Source: an uncultured Spirochaetota bacterium (GTDB lineage: Bacteria > Spirochaetota > Spirochaetia > SZUA-6 > Fen-1364). From it: a stretch of DNA of 64,000 nucleotides. Under the pieces are notes generated by a model. The model saw nothing but the letters and a program-made list of their open reading frames with translations, made no database searches and was not told the DNA's origin. The position numbers were made by a program, and so were the translations under genes. Of this stretch, positions 9,509 to 19,867 are shown one piece after another; the stretch's first letter is position 1; each line of letters opens with the position of its first letter. The stretch covers positions 512,001 through 576,000 of the forward strand of contig CAWAHW010000001.1 in the NCBI GenBank assembly GCA_963781885.1, in the 5' to 3' direction.

Positions 9509-12500
9509 CTAATGTGCCAGCCAGTCTGGAATGAGTACCCTGATCACGCGCAGCGCGAAGGAGTCGGCGACGATGGCGTAGTCGCCCTTCACCGCCACGC
9601 CCACGGCGTAAACGTCGTCGCAACTGGAGACGACCAGCGGCCGGGTGGGGACGGATGCATCGACGACCGTGAGCCCGCGGAAGCCTTCCGCCACGTAGAG
9701 GTACTTGTCTGAGGCGGAAATCGCCTCCGCATAGGCGGTGTCGTAGCGGCCCTTGAGCACCGGCGCGCCAGGGTCGGAGACGTCTATGACGCTCACGCCG
9801 CCGTTGCCCGCGGCGAAAAGCAGGTTGCCGGAGAGGGCAAGACTGCCGGCGTGCCCGCGGATTGCGGCGGGCTGCAGCACGGGCTTTGCGGGCGTGGAAA
9901 CGTCGATCACGCGCACGCCGCCCTCGCCGTCGGCGACATATGCCCAGGTGCCCTGCACAACGATGTCCTCCGCGTTGGTCGTGGGCACGGCGCCTATCTC
10001 CGTCGGGGTCGACGGCGTGCTCACGTCCAGCACGCGAACGCCCTGGTCTCCCGCGGCGACGTATGCGACCGTCCCGACGGGGAAGACGCGGTTGACGCTG
10101 CCGCCGGGTCGATACGAGCCGATGTCGACGGGCGGCCCCGGCTTTTTCGGGTCCCATGAGGGTGAGACGTCGACGATGCGGACGCCATTCGTGCCGTCGG
10201 CAACATAGGCGAGCTTGTCCGCCACGTTCACGGCCAGGGCGAACCGGGTGGAGAGGGCTCCCGTGGCGGATGCATCCGACAGGCGCGAGGGGTCGGCGAC
10301 GTTCAGCACGTGCAGCCCCAGCGAGTGCGACGCCACGTAGGCCCAGTTGCCCGCGACGGAGACCGCAAAGGCCTTGCCCCCCGTCTCCGCCGCGCCGACG
10401 CGGAAGGATTTGCCCTGGATCTGCACGCGCATCAGCTCGAGGCCCGACGTCTCCGCGACATAGGCCATGTTGTCTTCCACGCTCACGTCCGCCGCGCCGG
10501 GGAAGGCGTGCGACGTGAAAAGGGCGGGATGGGCCGGGTCGGAAAGATCGATCACCTTCATGCTCGAGGTGCCGTCCGTCACGTAGGCATAATCGTCGGC
10601 GAGCGCCACGGACGCGGCCACGCCGACGGCGAAAGTGGACAGAAGCTTCGGATTGCGCAGGTCCTTCACGTCCACGACGAGGAGCCCCGCGGCGCCGTCG
10701 GCCACGACCGCGAGGTTGCCCTGCGTCGCCACTTCCCGCGCATCCGTCGTGGCAAGCGATCCGATGACCGCGGGCGCGGCCGGCTTGGAAACGTCGAGCA
10801 CCTTCAGCCCGCCCGCGCCATCGGCGAGCAGCACCTTGCCGCCGCACAGGGCGACGTCCAGGGCGTTGGTGGTCTCCAGCGTGCCCAGGCGGTTCAGCGT
10901 ATGCGTGTCGGATATGTCGATCACCTTCACGCCCTTGTCGGCATCCGCCACGATGGCATCGTCGCCCGTGCAAACGACCGCGCGCGCGTCGCTCGTTTTC
11001 CGCGAGCCCAGGAGCACCGGCGTGCGGGGCGCGGAAACGTCCAGGACGCGCAGGCCCGATTCGCCGTCCGCGACGTATGCGTAGCCGGACCTCACGGCGA
11101 CGTCCCACGCGTTGTCCGTCTGCATGCTGCCGACGTCCACGGGGCCCGTGGGGTTGGACACGTCGATGATGCGGACACCGCGCGCTCCTGCCGAAAGGAA
11201 CGCGTAGCCGCCGCTCACCGTCACGCGCCGCGTGTCGGTCTCCGCCGCGGCCCCGACGTGCGCGAGCTTTTCGCTGGGAAAGGCGAGACTCCGCGCCGTT
11301 GCCGGGGCGCTCAAAGGCGCGAGGACCCCTCCGGAAGGGGAGATCTGGTAGGTATAGTCCTTTCCGAACTCGACGGCGGTGTCCGTGTAGCCCGCCACCT
11401 TGATTCCCGACGCGATTTTTGCAAAGGCCGTGGCGCTGGAAGAGGAACGCCAGACGTCGTAGGAATCCGCTCCGCCGATGCTGTCCCATGACAGCTTGAT
11501 CTGCATGTAGTCGCCCTTCACGACCGGGGCGAGCGTCTGGGGCGACAGCGGGATCGCGCGCACGAGCGTGGAGGCGCCGGTGGCGCCGTCGTCGAAGCGC
11601 ACCTGCATGCGGAGGGAATACAGGCTGCCATTGTCGAGGCCGGTGAGCACCACCGGCGAGCTTGCATTCGTGGTGGTCCGCCCCTTCTCGGGATCCTCCG
11701 CGCCGGCGGCCCAGGACAGGTCGTAGCCCGTGGCAAAGGCCGCGGGACTCCAGGAGACGGTGATCTTGCGGTCGGCCGGCGCCACCGTGAAACCCGGCAC
11801 GTCGCCGTCACCGGGAATCACGCGCAGGCTGAGCTCGCCGCGGTTGCCGTTCTTTGCGATCGCCGTGAGCGTGATGTCCTGGGGGCCCGAAAGGGTGGCC
11901 GTGGGGAGGGAGAATCGAAAGGCGCCGCCCGCGTCGATCTGCGCGGTTCCATGCGCCGGGGTGGAGGTGTGGGCAAAATCGACGGGCGAGACAAGCCAGT
12001 TCAGCGTGTCGATCCCCGCCATTCCCGCCTGGCCTTCATAGGGGTCGCTCACCTTGCCGGCCACCCGCAGCGTGCTGCCGAAAGCGCTGCCCTGCGTGGG
12101 GGCCGTGACGACCACGGCCGGCTTCAGCCGCCCGTCGTGGAGAAGGACGCTCGCCGTGCTGGAATGACCGCGCAGGTCCTCCGCCGTCACCCGCACGGTG
12201 ACGTCGCCGCTCAGCTGACTGGAGGGAAGCGCGACCTTGAACTTGCCCGTCGCGTCCGCGGTCAGACGCCCGCCTAGGGCGGGCTTTCCCAGCACGTCGT
12301 AAGAAAGGGAGCGCAGCGCCGCCGTTGTCGTGCCGTCTCCGACCCTGCCTTCGATGCTCGTGGCATCCTTGTAGTAGCCGCCATTGGCGGGGGAGCTGAG
12401 CGCGAGGGGAAGGCCCTTCAGGTCGTCCTGCAGCACGACCATCTTTTCCGCCGTGGCACCCGTTGCCGCGGTGGCAACCACGCTCAATGCCTGCGTGCCG

Positions 12501-13972
12501 CTCAGCCCGGCCATGCTCACGGTGAAGGAGAAGGCGCCGTCGCTTCCCAGATTGGGGGTGCCGGAAAGCTTTGTCCCCGCGACGGACCAGGAAATCTTGG
12601 AAACGGCATTCGTGCCCGTGTCCGTCGCGGAGTTCGTCGCCTTGCCGGAGACGGTGATCGATGCGCCGTACGTGGATCCATCAGCGGGCGACGTGAGGGT
12701 GAGGCCGGGCGGCTCCTGCTGAGACGCGGAGGCGGCCTGTTCCGGACCTCGCATCGCGAGTGCGTGGATGCTCGTGCGACCGTTGAGGTCCACCGCTTTC
12801 AGCTCCAGCACCTGGCCGCCGGAAAGACCCTGCGCGGAGAAGGAAAATCGAAAAGACCCGTCCTTCTGGAATGGCACGTCACCGGAAAGGCTCGGAGTGC
12901 CGATCAGCCGCCAGGACATCGATTTGACATCCGACGGAAGGCCCGATGGATCGGCGGGATCTCCCACGCGGCCGTTCACGCTCACCGTGTCGGCATAGGA
13001 GGCGGAATCTGTCGGCGAATCGATGCGGATGGCCGGCCCGGTGGCGCGGTCTGCAAAGGACACCGTCGTGGTGGTGGAACGGCCGTTCTTATCGACGGCG
13101 GCAATGTCGACGACAAGATCGCCCTTCTGCCCGACCGTGGAGAACGAAAACGAGAAAGAGCCGTCCCGTGCCAGCGGCAGGGCGGCGCCCAGGCTCGTGC
13201 CCTCCAGCGCCCATGAGACCGATGCCACCTCGGCGAGCGGCTCGGCGACATTCTCGGGTCCCTTTACCAGACCCGCGATCCTCACCGTGGCGCCGTACGT
13301 TTCCTGCCCCTGCGGGGAGCTGATGGCGACGCCGGGTCCCTTGCCGTCATCGGCAAGGGAGACGGTCGCTTCAGCCGTCGTCTCGTCCTTGAAGGAGGCC
13401 TGCACCACGAGCTTCTGCGCGGACCGCAGCCCCACGGTGGAAACGGAGGCATGAAAGGAACCGTCGGCAGACACCGGGAGGCTTCCCGATCGGTCCGTCC
13501 CGGTGATGCTCCACGACGCGGAACGCACCGCGGAAAGCGAGCCGGATGCCTGCGGGGCCACGATCCTTCCGGCCAGGGTCACCGAGGAATGATAGACCTC
13601 ACCATCCGCCGGCGAGTCGATGCGCAGGGAATACCCCTCCGATGCGGCGGCCGCAGGATTCTGCGCGCTTGCTGCGGGAGGTGTTGCAGGCGCCGCCGGG
13701 GCCGCGGCGGCCTGGGTCGGCACTGCTGGGCCGGGGGTGGCAGCCGGGGTCGACGCTGGCGCGGCCGCGGCCGGTGTGCGCTGCGGGGTGACGGCCTGCG
13801 TCTGTGCGGGCGCAGAGGGAGTTGCCGGTGAAGTGGTTGCCGGTGTCGGAGTCTCCTGCTGCTGCACGACGGCAGGCGCGCCCGCATGGCGCGGCACCAA
13901 TACGACGACAAGAATGGCGCCTGCCACCACGAGCGCCGCCGCGCCGAGAAGCGCGTAGCTGCGGGGCCTCAT
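9509..13972 (-). CDS. Membrane-anchored Ig-like/FN3/LVIVD-repeat beta-propeller protein
   Basis: N-terminal TM, Ala/Pro linker, ~6 Ig-like repeats (SP..G..Y...V.G...DGSF.F), FN3 (TGLDNGSLYSL), ~13 LVIVD repeats (YAYVADG.GLRVLDVS.P). Confidence 0.9.
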   Translation of the reverse strand: MRPRSYALLGAAALVVAGAILVVVLVPRHAGAPAVVQQQETPTPATTSPATPSAPAQTQAVTPQRTPAAAAPASTPAATPGPAVPTQAAAAPAAPATPPAASAQNPAAAASEGYSLRIDSPADGEVYHSSVTLAGRIVAPQASGSLSAVRSASWSITGTDRSGSLPVSADGSFHASVSTVGLRSAQKLVVQASFKDETTAEATVSLADDGKGPGVAISSPQGQETYGATVRIAGLVKGPENVAEPLAEVASVSWALEGTSLGAALPLARDGSFSFSFSTVGQKGDLVVDIAAVDKNGRSTTTTVSFADRATGPAIRIDSPTDSASYADTVSVNGRVGDPADPSGLPSDVKSMSWRLIGTPSLSGDVPFQKDGSFRFSFSAQGLSGGQVLELKAVDLNGRTSIHALAMRGPEQAASASQQEPPGLTLTSPADGSTYGASITVSGKATNSATDTGTNAVSKISWSVAGTKLSGTPNLGSDGAFSFTVSMAGLSGTQALSVVATAATGATAEKMVVLQDDLKGLPLALSSPANGGYYKDATSIEGRVGDGTTTAALRSLSYDVLGKPALGGRLTADATGKFKVALPSSQLSGDVTVRVTAEDLRGHSSTASVLLHDGRLKPAVVVTAPTQGSAFGSTLRVAGKVSDPYEGQAGMAGIDTLNWLVSPVDFAHTSTPAHGTAQIDAGGAFRFSLPTATLSGPQDITLTAIAKNGNRGELSLRVIPGDGDVPGFTVAPADRKITVSWSPAAFATGYDLSWAAGAEDPEKGRTTTNASSPVVLTGLDNGSLYSLRMQVRFDDGATGASTLVRAIPLSPQTLAPVVKGDYMQIKLSWDSIGGADSYDVWRSSSSATAFAKIASGIKVAGYTDTAVEFGKDYTYQISPSGGVLAPLSAPATARSLAFPSEKLAHVGAAAETDTRRVTVSGGYAFLSAGARGVRIIDVSNPTGPVDVGSMQTDNAWDVAVRSGYAYVADGESGLRVLDVSAPRTPVLLGSRKTSDARAVVCTGDDAIVADADKGVKVIDISDTHTLNRLGTLETTNALDVALCGGKVLLADGAGGLKVLDVSKPAAPAVIGSLATTDAREVATQGNLAVVADGAAGLLVVDVKDLRNPKLLSTFAVGVAASVALADDYAYVTDGTSSMKVIDLSDPAHPALFTSHAFPGAADVSVEDNMAYVAETSGLELMRVQIQGKSFRVGAAETGGKAFAVSVAGNWAYVASHSLGLHVLNVADPSRLSDASATGALSTRFALAVNVADKLAYVADGTNGVRIVDVSPSWDPKKPGPPVDIGSYRPGGSVNRVFPVGTVAYVAAGDQGVRVLDVSTPSTPTEIGAVPTTNAEDIVVQGTWAYVADGEGGVRVIDVSTPAKPVLQPAAIRGHAGSLALSGNLLFAAGNGGVSVIDVSDPGAPVLKGRYDTAYAEAISASDKYLYVAEGFRGLTVVDASVPTRPLVVSSCDDVYAVGVAVKGDYAIVADSFALRVIRVLIPDWLAH

Positions 13973-13977
13973 GGGCC

Positions 13978-16182
13978 CTATTCCTCCCCTTCGGCGAACA
14001 GGGCCTGCGGCCCGGTTGCCTCCGACGCGCGCGAACCGCTGTTGCCGGTCGTGGGACCCGTCTTCAGGTACCCGTAGGTGCTCACGAGGCTGGGGTCCGC
14101 CGCGGAGGCCTTGTCATAGTACACGCTGGCCTGGTCGTAGTTCTCAAGCTCGTAGTACGAGCGCGAGATGCTCAGGAGCACGCGGCCGTACAGCGGCGAG
14201 GCCTGGTTGCCGTCCGCCTCCATGGATCCTTCGGCCTGGTGGAAGACCTTCAAGGCGTTCTGGTAATCCTGCTGGAGGAAGTAGACGTTGCCGAGGTTGA
14301 TCTCTGCACTAAGGTAGTTCCTGTCCAACGCGAGTGCCGTGTTCAGCGCTTTCAGCGCCTGGTCCCAGCGCCCGAACTGGGCGGCGATGATGCCCACCCG
14401 GTTGTAGTCCGCCTTGGAGTTGCTCGTGGTCGCCACCGTCGTGTAGCTGTCGATGACGGTATCGATGATCTTGTCCGCCGTGTCGCGGAAGTTGTCGGCG
14501 ATCTTGCGCGTGTCGCCATACTGGAGGCCCAGGTCCTCTTCCTTCAGGCCGACGGGGCTGAAGATGTTCTGGACCGCGGAGGTGAAATAGATCTGCCTGT
14601 TCTTCGTGTCATTGTCCAGTGCCGACCACTCCTCCACGCCCTTGCGCCAGGCGGAGAGGAAGTCGGAGGTTCCTACCATGGTCATTTCCACGGGAATCCA
14701 GAGCTCTCCGTTCACGTCGAATGTCATGCTCTTGTCGGGATGCAGCTCGCGGAAATTGGCCGTCGCGATCTTCGTCCCGAACACGGGGTAGATGTGGCCG
14801 GGCACGGTGATGAAGCCGGTCGGGATGCCGACGGATTCCATGATCGCGTCGAAGAGGGCGGTGAGGTCGCTGCAGTCACCCGCCTTCCTTTGCAGTGTCT
14901 CGCGGGGAAGGTGCACGTGGTCCACGACGAGGGGGTTGGCCTGCGCGGCGGCGAAGGAAGAGGTGAGGGCGAGCTGATAGATGACCCCCAGCTCCTTCAG
15001 CGCGTAGTACACCGCCATTGCGGTCTGCACGGGCGAGCTGTAGCCGGGCACCAGGCGGTCCTTCACCGCCTGGCGGATGAAGGTGGCATAGTTGCGCAAA
15101 GCGGTGTCCGCCTTCGTGATGAAGGCCCCCTCCTTGCGGTTGTCGTCCCAGCTGATGGAGGTGCGGTCATAGAGAACATAGGAGACGGACATCGATTGGT
15201 TGGCCGGCCTGTTGTGAGAGACGTACGCCACCTGGATCTCGCCGTTCAGAGGCGTGTCGCCGTTCGTGTTGAACACCTCGCCGTTGAACGAGGCCATGAC
15301 AGGAACGTCAACGCTCTTGCCGGCATCCAGGGTGGGAATGCTTATGAGCTTGGTTGGGGCGTCCATATAGCCGGTCTGGTTGAAGGAGACCTGCACGTCG
15401 GTGATGGGGAATTTCTCCACGTTGGTGATCGTCACCTTGCTGAAGGCATTTTTGGCGTAATAGCTCTGCATTGCCGCGTACAGGGGCGGGAACGACACGT
15501 CCCCGAACTTGATGCTCCGTATAGAGGCCTTGGGAGCGTCCGGATCATCCCCGAACCTGTAGGCGCCGCCAACCTCAACGCCGAATGTGAAACCATTGAA
15601 GTCCGTGAGCGACTGCAGCCCGTAGCGATAGGTCAGAGAGGGCACCAGGTCGATGCTGAAGCTGTACGAGGCATCGAGCGTGATGTGTCCGGCAAGTGAT
15701 GCCAGCAGGTTGTCCGTGCGGACCGACTGGGGCTGACCGGTGCTCAGCACGTCGAGATTAGGGAATATCATCATCTCGTATCCCAGCCCGAGGTCTGCAC
15801 CCAGCTCGAAGTTCTTGCTGATCCTGCCCACCCACCCGAGCCCCCCGAGGGCGAAGATTTGCGTGTTGCTGAAATCCGCGGTCTGGTTGCCCGTGGTCGT
15901 TCCGGAGCTCGTCTCGGGCGTGAAGAAGTTCACTCCCAACTTTCCGAAGGGCTGCAGGGTCGGCAACCCGGGGATGGGGACGCGCACGGTTGCATAGAAG
16001 CCATTATAGGTTGTGGCTTTCTCCTGGGTCCCGCCGTAAGGCGTGATGCTTTCAAACGCGGCCCCGAAGGACCAGGGGTATGCGTAGTAGGAGTTCAGAT
16101 CGATGCTTTGCGCGTGCGCGAGGGTTGCCCCAAAGAGGAGAACGACGGCGAAAACGTGCCGCGGCCTTCCCAGCAATCTCAT
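13978..16182 (-). CDS. Exported protein: N-terminal beta-barrel-like domain, Ig-like domain, transglutaminase-like domain and TPRs
   Basis: Signal peptide (AHA-Q); amphipathic strands ending GGAYRF; GDCSD..GHIY..WIPVE Cys-His-acid triad; TPRs (INLGNVYFLQQDYQNAL). Confidence 0.8.
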   Translation of the reverse strand: MRLLGRPRHVFAVVLLFGATLAHAQSIDLNSYYAYPWSFGAAFESITPYGGTQEKATTYNGFYATVRVPIPGLPTLQPFGKLGVNFFTPETSSGTTTGNQTADFSNTQIFALGGLGWVGRISKNFELGADLGLGYEMMIFPNLDVLSTGQPQSVRTDNLLASLAGHITLDASYSFSIDLVPSLTYRYGLQSLTDFNGFTFGVEVGGAYRFGDDPDAPKASIRSIKFGDVSFPPLYAAMQSYYAKNAFSKVTITNVEKFPITDVQVSFNQTGYMDAPTKLISIPTLDAGKSVDVPVMASFNGEVFNTNGDTPLNGEIQVAYVSHNRPANQSMSVSYVLYDRTSISWDDNRKEGAFITKADTALRNYATFIRQAVKDRLVPGYSSPVQTAMAVYYALKELGVIYQLALTSSFAAAQANPLVVDHVHLPRETLQRKAGDCSDLTALFDAIMESVGIPTGFITVPGHIYPVFGTKIATANFRELHPDKSMTFDVNGELWIPVEMTMVGTSDFLSAWRKGVEEWSALDNDTKNRQIYFTSAVQNIFSPVGLKEEDLGLQYGDTRKIADNFRDTADKIIDTVIDSYTTVATTSNSKADYNRVGIIAAQFGRWDQALKALNTALALDRNYLSAEINLGNVYFLQQDYQNALKVFHQAEGSMEADGNQASPLYGRVLLSISRSYYELENYDQASVYYDKASAADPSLVSTYGYLKTGPTTGNSGSRASEATGPQALFAEGEE

Positions 16183-16252
16183 AATATTGACCCCTCTGCT
16201 GACCTTCTTGATGGAACGGCAACGACCCGTTCAATACAAAAATACTACCATT

Positions 16253-16983
16253 TCAGGGCAAGTGTTCCAATGGTGCGCGCGCTTTTCCCGCAAAGGCCGC
16301 TGCATACTCCTGGAGCAGTCGGGCCACAGGCCCGCCGTCATTCCGCTCCCGGTAACCGTCGTCGTCGGGGTAGAACCCGCCCTTGTCGTCGATGCCCGTC
16401 AGGATCCAGAACATCGCGCCCGCGCCGCCCGCCTCCATGACCGTCCTGTTCCACAGATCGTAGGCTGCCAGACGATCCACCCCTCCCGCGGCGCGGACCC
16501 CGTATTCCTCCAGCACTGGAACGACTTCGGCGGCATCAACCAAGCAACGAGGATGACGTGCAGCCCTTTCGCGGCGGCGCGCGCCACGGCGTGATCCAGC
16601 CTCTCGAAGCCGTCCCATTTCGCGCTCCTGCCCGGCGGCGGTCCGTAGACCCCCGGCGCCGATTGCATGAAGACGTCGTGCTCGCGGTTCTGCGGGCCGT
16701 CCCCATTGAAGAAGGCCCAGAGCCGCAGGACCCGGAGGCCCATCGCCGCCGCCGTGTCGATCACGTCGTCCACCATCGCGTCCGACTGGTAGAGAAGGTA
16801 GTAGTTGTTGGTCCCTTCGAACCGGAGCTCCGTGCCGTCCAGGAGGAACCGCCCGGCTTCTGCCCGGATGAAGCCGGGGGCAGCGACGGCAGGGACGGCG
16901 CATGCAAGCGCCGCGCAGGCAGCCAGGGCGATGGGCCAGGGCAAGCTGCGGGGAAAATGACCCGGGGCGCCCCGCCCCTTCAC
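16253..16983 (-). pseudogene. GH5 (beta-mannanase-like) glycoside hydrolase remnant with large internal deletion and frame break near 16545
   Basis: N-terminal piece FEGTNNYY..LRVLRLWAF..GFERLD..GLHVILV joins in another frame a C-terminal piece PVLEEYG..GAMFW..YPDDDGY; central NEP acid/base region absent. Confidence 0.75.
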
Positions 16984-16993
16984 TCCCCGGCGG

Positions 16994-18064
16994 TTAGACG
17001 CGCCAGGCAATGCCCAGTCCGAGGTACTGGAAATCGCCGATGGGGGATTCCGTGTACCAGGGGAAGGCGCCGGGGAATATGAGATCGAAACCGATGCTCC
17101 CCTTCAGTGCGATGGACGGGGAGATGTTCCAGATGAGGGCGGGCGCGATGCGGAGCCGGAGGATGGGCGCGCTCCACGTGGAGCTGCCCTGCGGCAGCAC
17201 CACGTTCTGGTTCAAGTCATGGACATCCCCCTGGTCCGCGGTGAGATAGATCCATCCGGCGGAAAGAGTGACGGCGTATTCCGCGGAGATGACACCCAGC
17301 GTCCGGTAGACGATCCCGACACCCGGGAAGAGGAAGATGCCGGTGGCCATGTACCGGTCATGCTGCCCGAAGTCATAGGCGTTGCTGTCGTTGAAATAGA
17401 AGGATGCCAGAGCCCCGAGGTTGCGGCTGAAGAACCAGTCGGCCTCCAGGATGAGGGGAAAGATGCTGAGCGCATAAGAGGCGTTGCCGGAAAGATCGAC
17501 CCCCGTGCTGTCCAGCATGCGCAGGAGGCCACTTCCCAGGAGGGAGAACGACCACCGGGTGTCCAGCGTGTCCAGGTAGTCGGACTCCTTTGCCGCAACG
17601 ATCAGCTCCTGTTCCTTCGTGACCTTGAGGATGTCCACCTGCGGCGGCACGGGTCCCAGCCGGGGAGCGAATCGCTGCGCCGCCGTGCTCAGGAACCGGG
17701 CAAAGGCGGGCTTGTCGACCGCGGCGGAGGCAAAGACGGCGCTTTCCTGGTCGCTGCTGCCGTCCGTGTCGCGCAGCCCGATGGTGACGGACAGATGTCC
17801 CTGGCCGTCATCCACGGACTGGACGCTCACGACGGTGCGCGCCCTGTCGGCGGAATCCACGCGCGTGTAGGGCTGCATCGATGAGAGCGCGGTGGCGAGC
17901 ATCTCCGGCGCGCCTTCCACCAGCGCACGCGCGTCGCCGGTCAGGGCCCCTCCCGTCGGGATGGCGAAGAACACGGAGCGCAGCACGGGCGCTGCCGCGG
18001 TTTGCGCGCCGACCGCCGCCGCGGCTGCCGCCATGAGCAGGAGACAAAGAGCCGCACGCTTCAC
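16994..18064 (-). CDS. Exported protein with C-terminal outer-membrane beta-barrel-like domain
   Basis: GTG at 18064 overlaps the upstream TGA (GTGA); signal peptide; amphipathic strands ending YLGLGIAWRV. Confidence 0.7.
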   Translation of the reverse strand: MKRAALCLLLMAAAAAAVGAQTAAAPVLRSVFFAIPTGGALTGDARALVEGAPEMLATALSSMQPYTRVDSADRARTVVSVQSVDDGQGHLSVTIGLRDTDGSSDQESAVFASAAVDKPAFARFLSTAAQRFAPRLGPVPPQVDILKVTKEQELIVAAKESDYLDTLDTRWSFSLLGSGLLRMLDSTGVDLSGNASYALSIFPLILEADWFFSRNLGALASFYFNDSNAYDFGQHDRYMATGIFLFPGVGIVYRTLGVISAEYAVTLSAGWIYLTADQGDVHDLNQNVVLPQGSSTWSAPILRLRIAPALIWNISPSIALKGSIGFDLIFPGAFPWYTESPIGDFQYLGLGIAWRV

Positions 18065-19867
18065 AGCCGTACTCCGTAGCCGAGGGTCAGGGAGAGCTCC
18101 AGCGGCGTGAGGTGCGCGTTGGACAAGCTCGCGTCTGTCTCCACGCCAGCGATATACCAGTTGAATCCGAAGAGGAAGAAGGACGGGGTTCTGGCTCAGG
18201 CGCGTGTTGAGATAGGTGCGGGCCGTCGTGGAAAGAGATGCGCCGAATATCCAATGGCTTCCATAAAGGTAATTCCCCTGCGCGTCCTGGGAATAGAACT
18301 GACCGTAGCGAGCCTCGCCGAGCAGGCTGAAGGAAAGGTCGACGTTGTACCCCTCCAGCGTGAACGACGGGCCAAAGCGCAGGGGCAGGTCCAGATAGGG
18401 CACGGAGACGTAGGAAGTCGGCGGCACGGCGCTTGTCGCTGAATCGAATGCGACGGCCGGCTGGAACGTGAGACCCAGGGAAAAGGGGCCGCCGAAGGAG
18501 TAGTCGAATGCCACCCCGAGGGGAAAGAAAGCAAGCAGGGAACCGGGCGCGCCCGGGAGGTACTGGTTGCCCCACGACGCGACGGAGGGACCCTCGATGA
18601 CGGCCAGAGAGACCCTCCGCTTCGCGCGCTGCGCGATCAGGTCGCTCTCCGACCTTTTCTTCTCATAGGTGACGATCCTGCTCTGCGCGCCGGCGTTCTC
18701 ATCGACCTGCTTCTTTCCGACTTCCGGCAGCACCTTGCCGATGCCGGCGATGAAGTCGGCGGCCATTGCATCGATGGAGTCGAACATCGAAAGGCCTGCT
18801 TGCCCGGTGTAGGTGATGGAGGAGCGCGCCATCTCGGTGCGCACGTCGTAGAGCGCCGCGTAGACAAGGAGCCCATCCGGGCCCGCCAGGTAGTACCCCG
18901 ACACGATCAGGTCGATGCCCAGCTTGTCTGCCTCCGCGAAGTCGGGCGCGCCGGGTATCCCTCCACGCTGCGCGACCAGCGTGGCGGCGTCCACCAGAAC
19001 GAGTCGCGTGTCGTCGCGCAGGTCGCCGCGTATCACCTGGGGGAACGTGGCGGAGAGATTGTCCGTCTCCGGGCCGCCCATGTTCTGGAACGCGGAGAGC
19101 AGGAGCGTGCGCTTCTGCGACCTTTCCCGTGCCGCGGCCACTTCCTGTCTTGCCTGCAACGGCAGCGTGATGTCGATGGAACCCGCCGACTCCACGGTGA
19201 CGAACGTGCGCGTGAGCGCCACGTCCGGTATCTCCAGCTGCAGAAGATGCTTGCCCGTGCGCAACGTCGCGGTGAGCGGGGTGGTGCCAAAGGGCTGGTC
19301 GTCGATGGAGACGGTTGCCCCGGACGGCGTGGAGGTGATGGTGTAGGCGACGTTGCCCTGCTCGGGCACGAGCCGCGGAATGGAGGCGCCGAAGCCGATG
19401 GCGGTCCTGCCGAACCACCGGCCGAAATCGATGTAATCCGTGAGCTCCGCGGACGCCTTCTCCTGGTCCGCTGCATCCACGGGAGCGAGGCGCCGAACAC
19501 GCGCCCCGGCATCCGCCACGCGCGTGAGCTTGAACGGGGCAAGCACCACCGCGCCGGCCGGCACCTGGATGACGGCAGGAGCGGCATCGGCCGGTGCAAG
19601 ACCGGGTGTGCGCAGCGTGTAGGTGCCGGGCCTTACGCGCAGGAAGAAAAGCTTTCGCGCATCGTTGGGCACGCCCAACCTGAACGCCAACGGCCCATCG
19701 AACTGCAGCGAGGTGGGTCCCCGATCCGGGCCCGTGCGCGGAGACGGGTTTTCCGCGATGAAAAGAACAAGCGAGTCATCCTCCGCGCGCGGCGTGGGCA
19801 TCGTGGCGCAACCGGCAAGAATCGCAAGGCCCGCCGCCGCAACAATCGCGGCACGCGCGCGGCTCAC
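18061..19867 (-). CDS. PEGA-domain lipoprotein with TolB-N/FlgO-like middle domain and C-terminal beta-barrel; frameshift at G4 18185-18188
   Basis: GTG 19867 overlaps the upstream TGA; lipobox LAILAG-C; PEGA (ITSTPSGATVSID..GTTP); removing one G gives C-terminus NPSFFLFGFNWY...LSLTLGYGVRL* ending at 18061. Confidence 0.75.
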
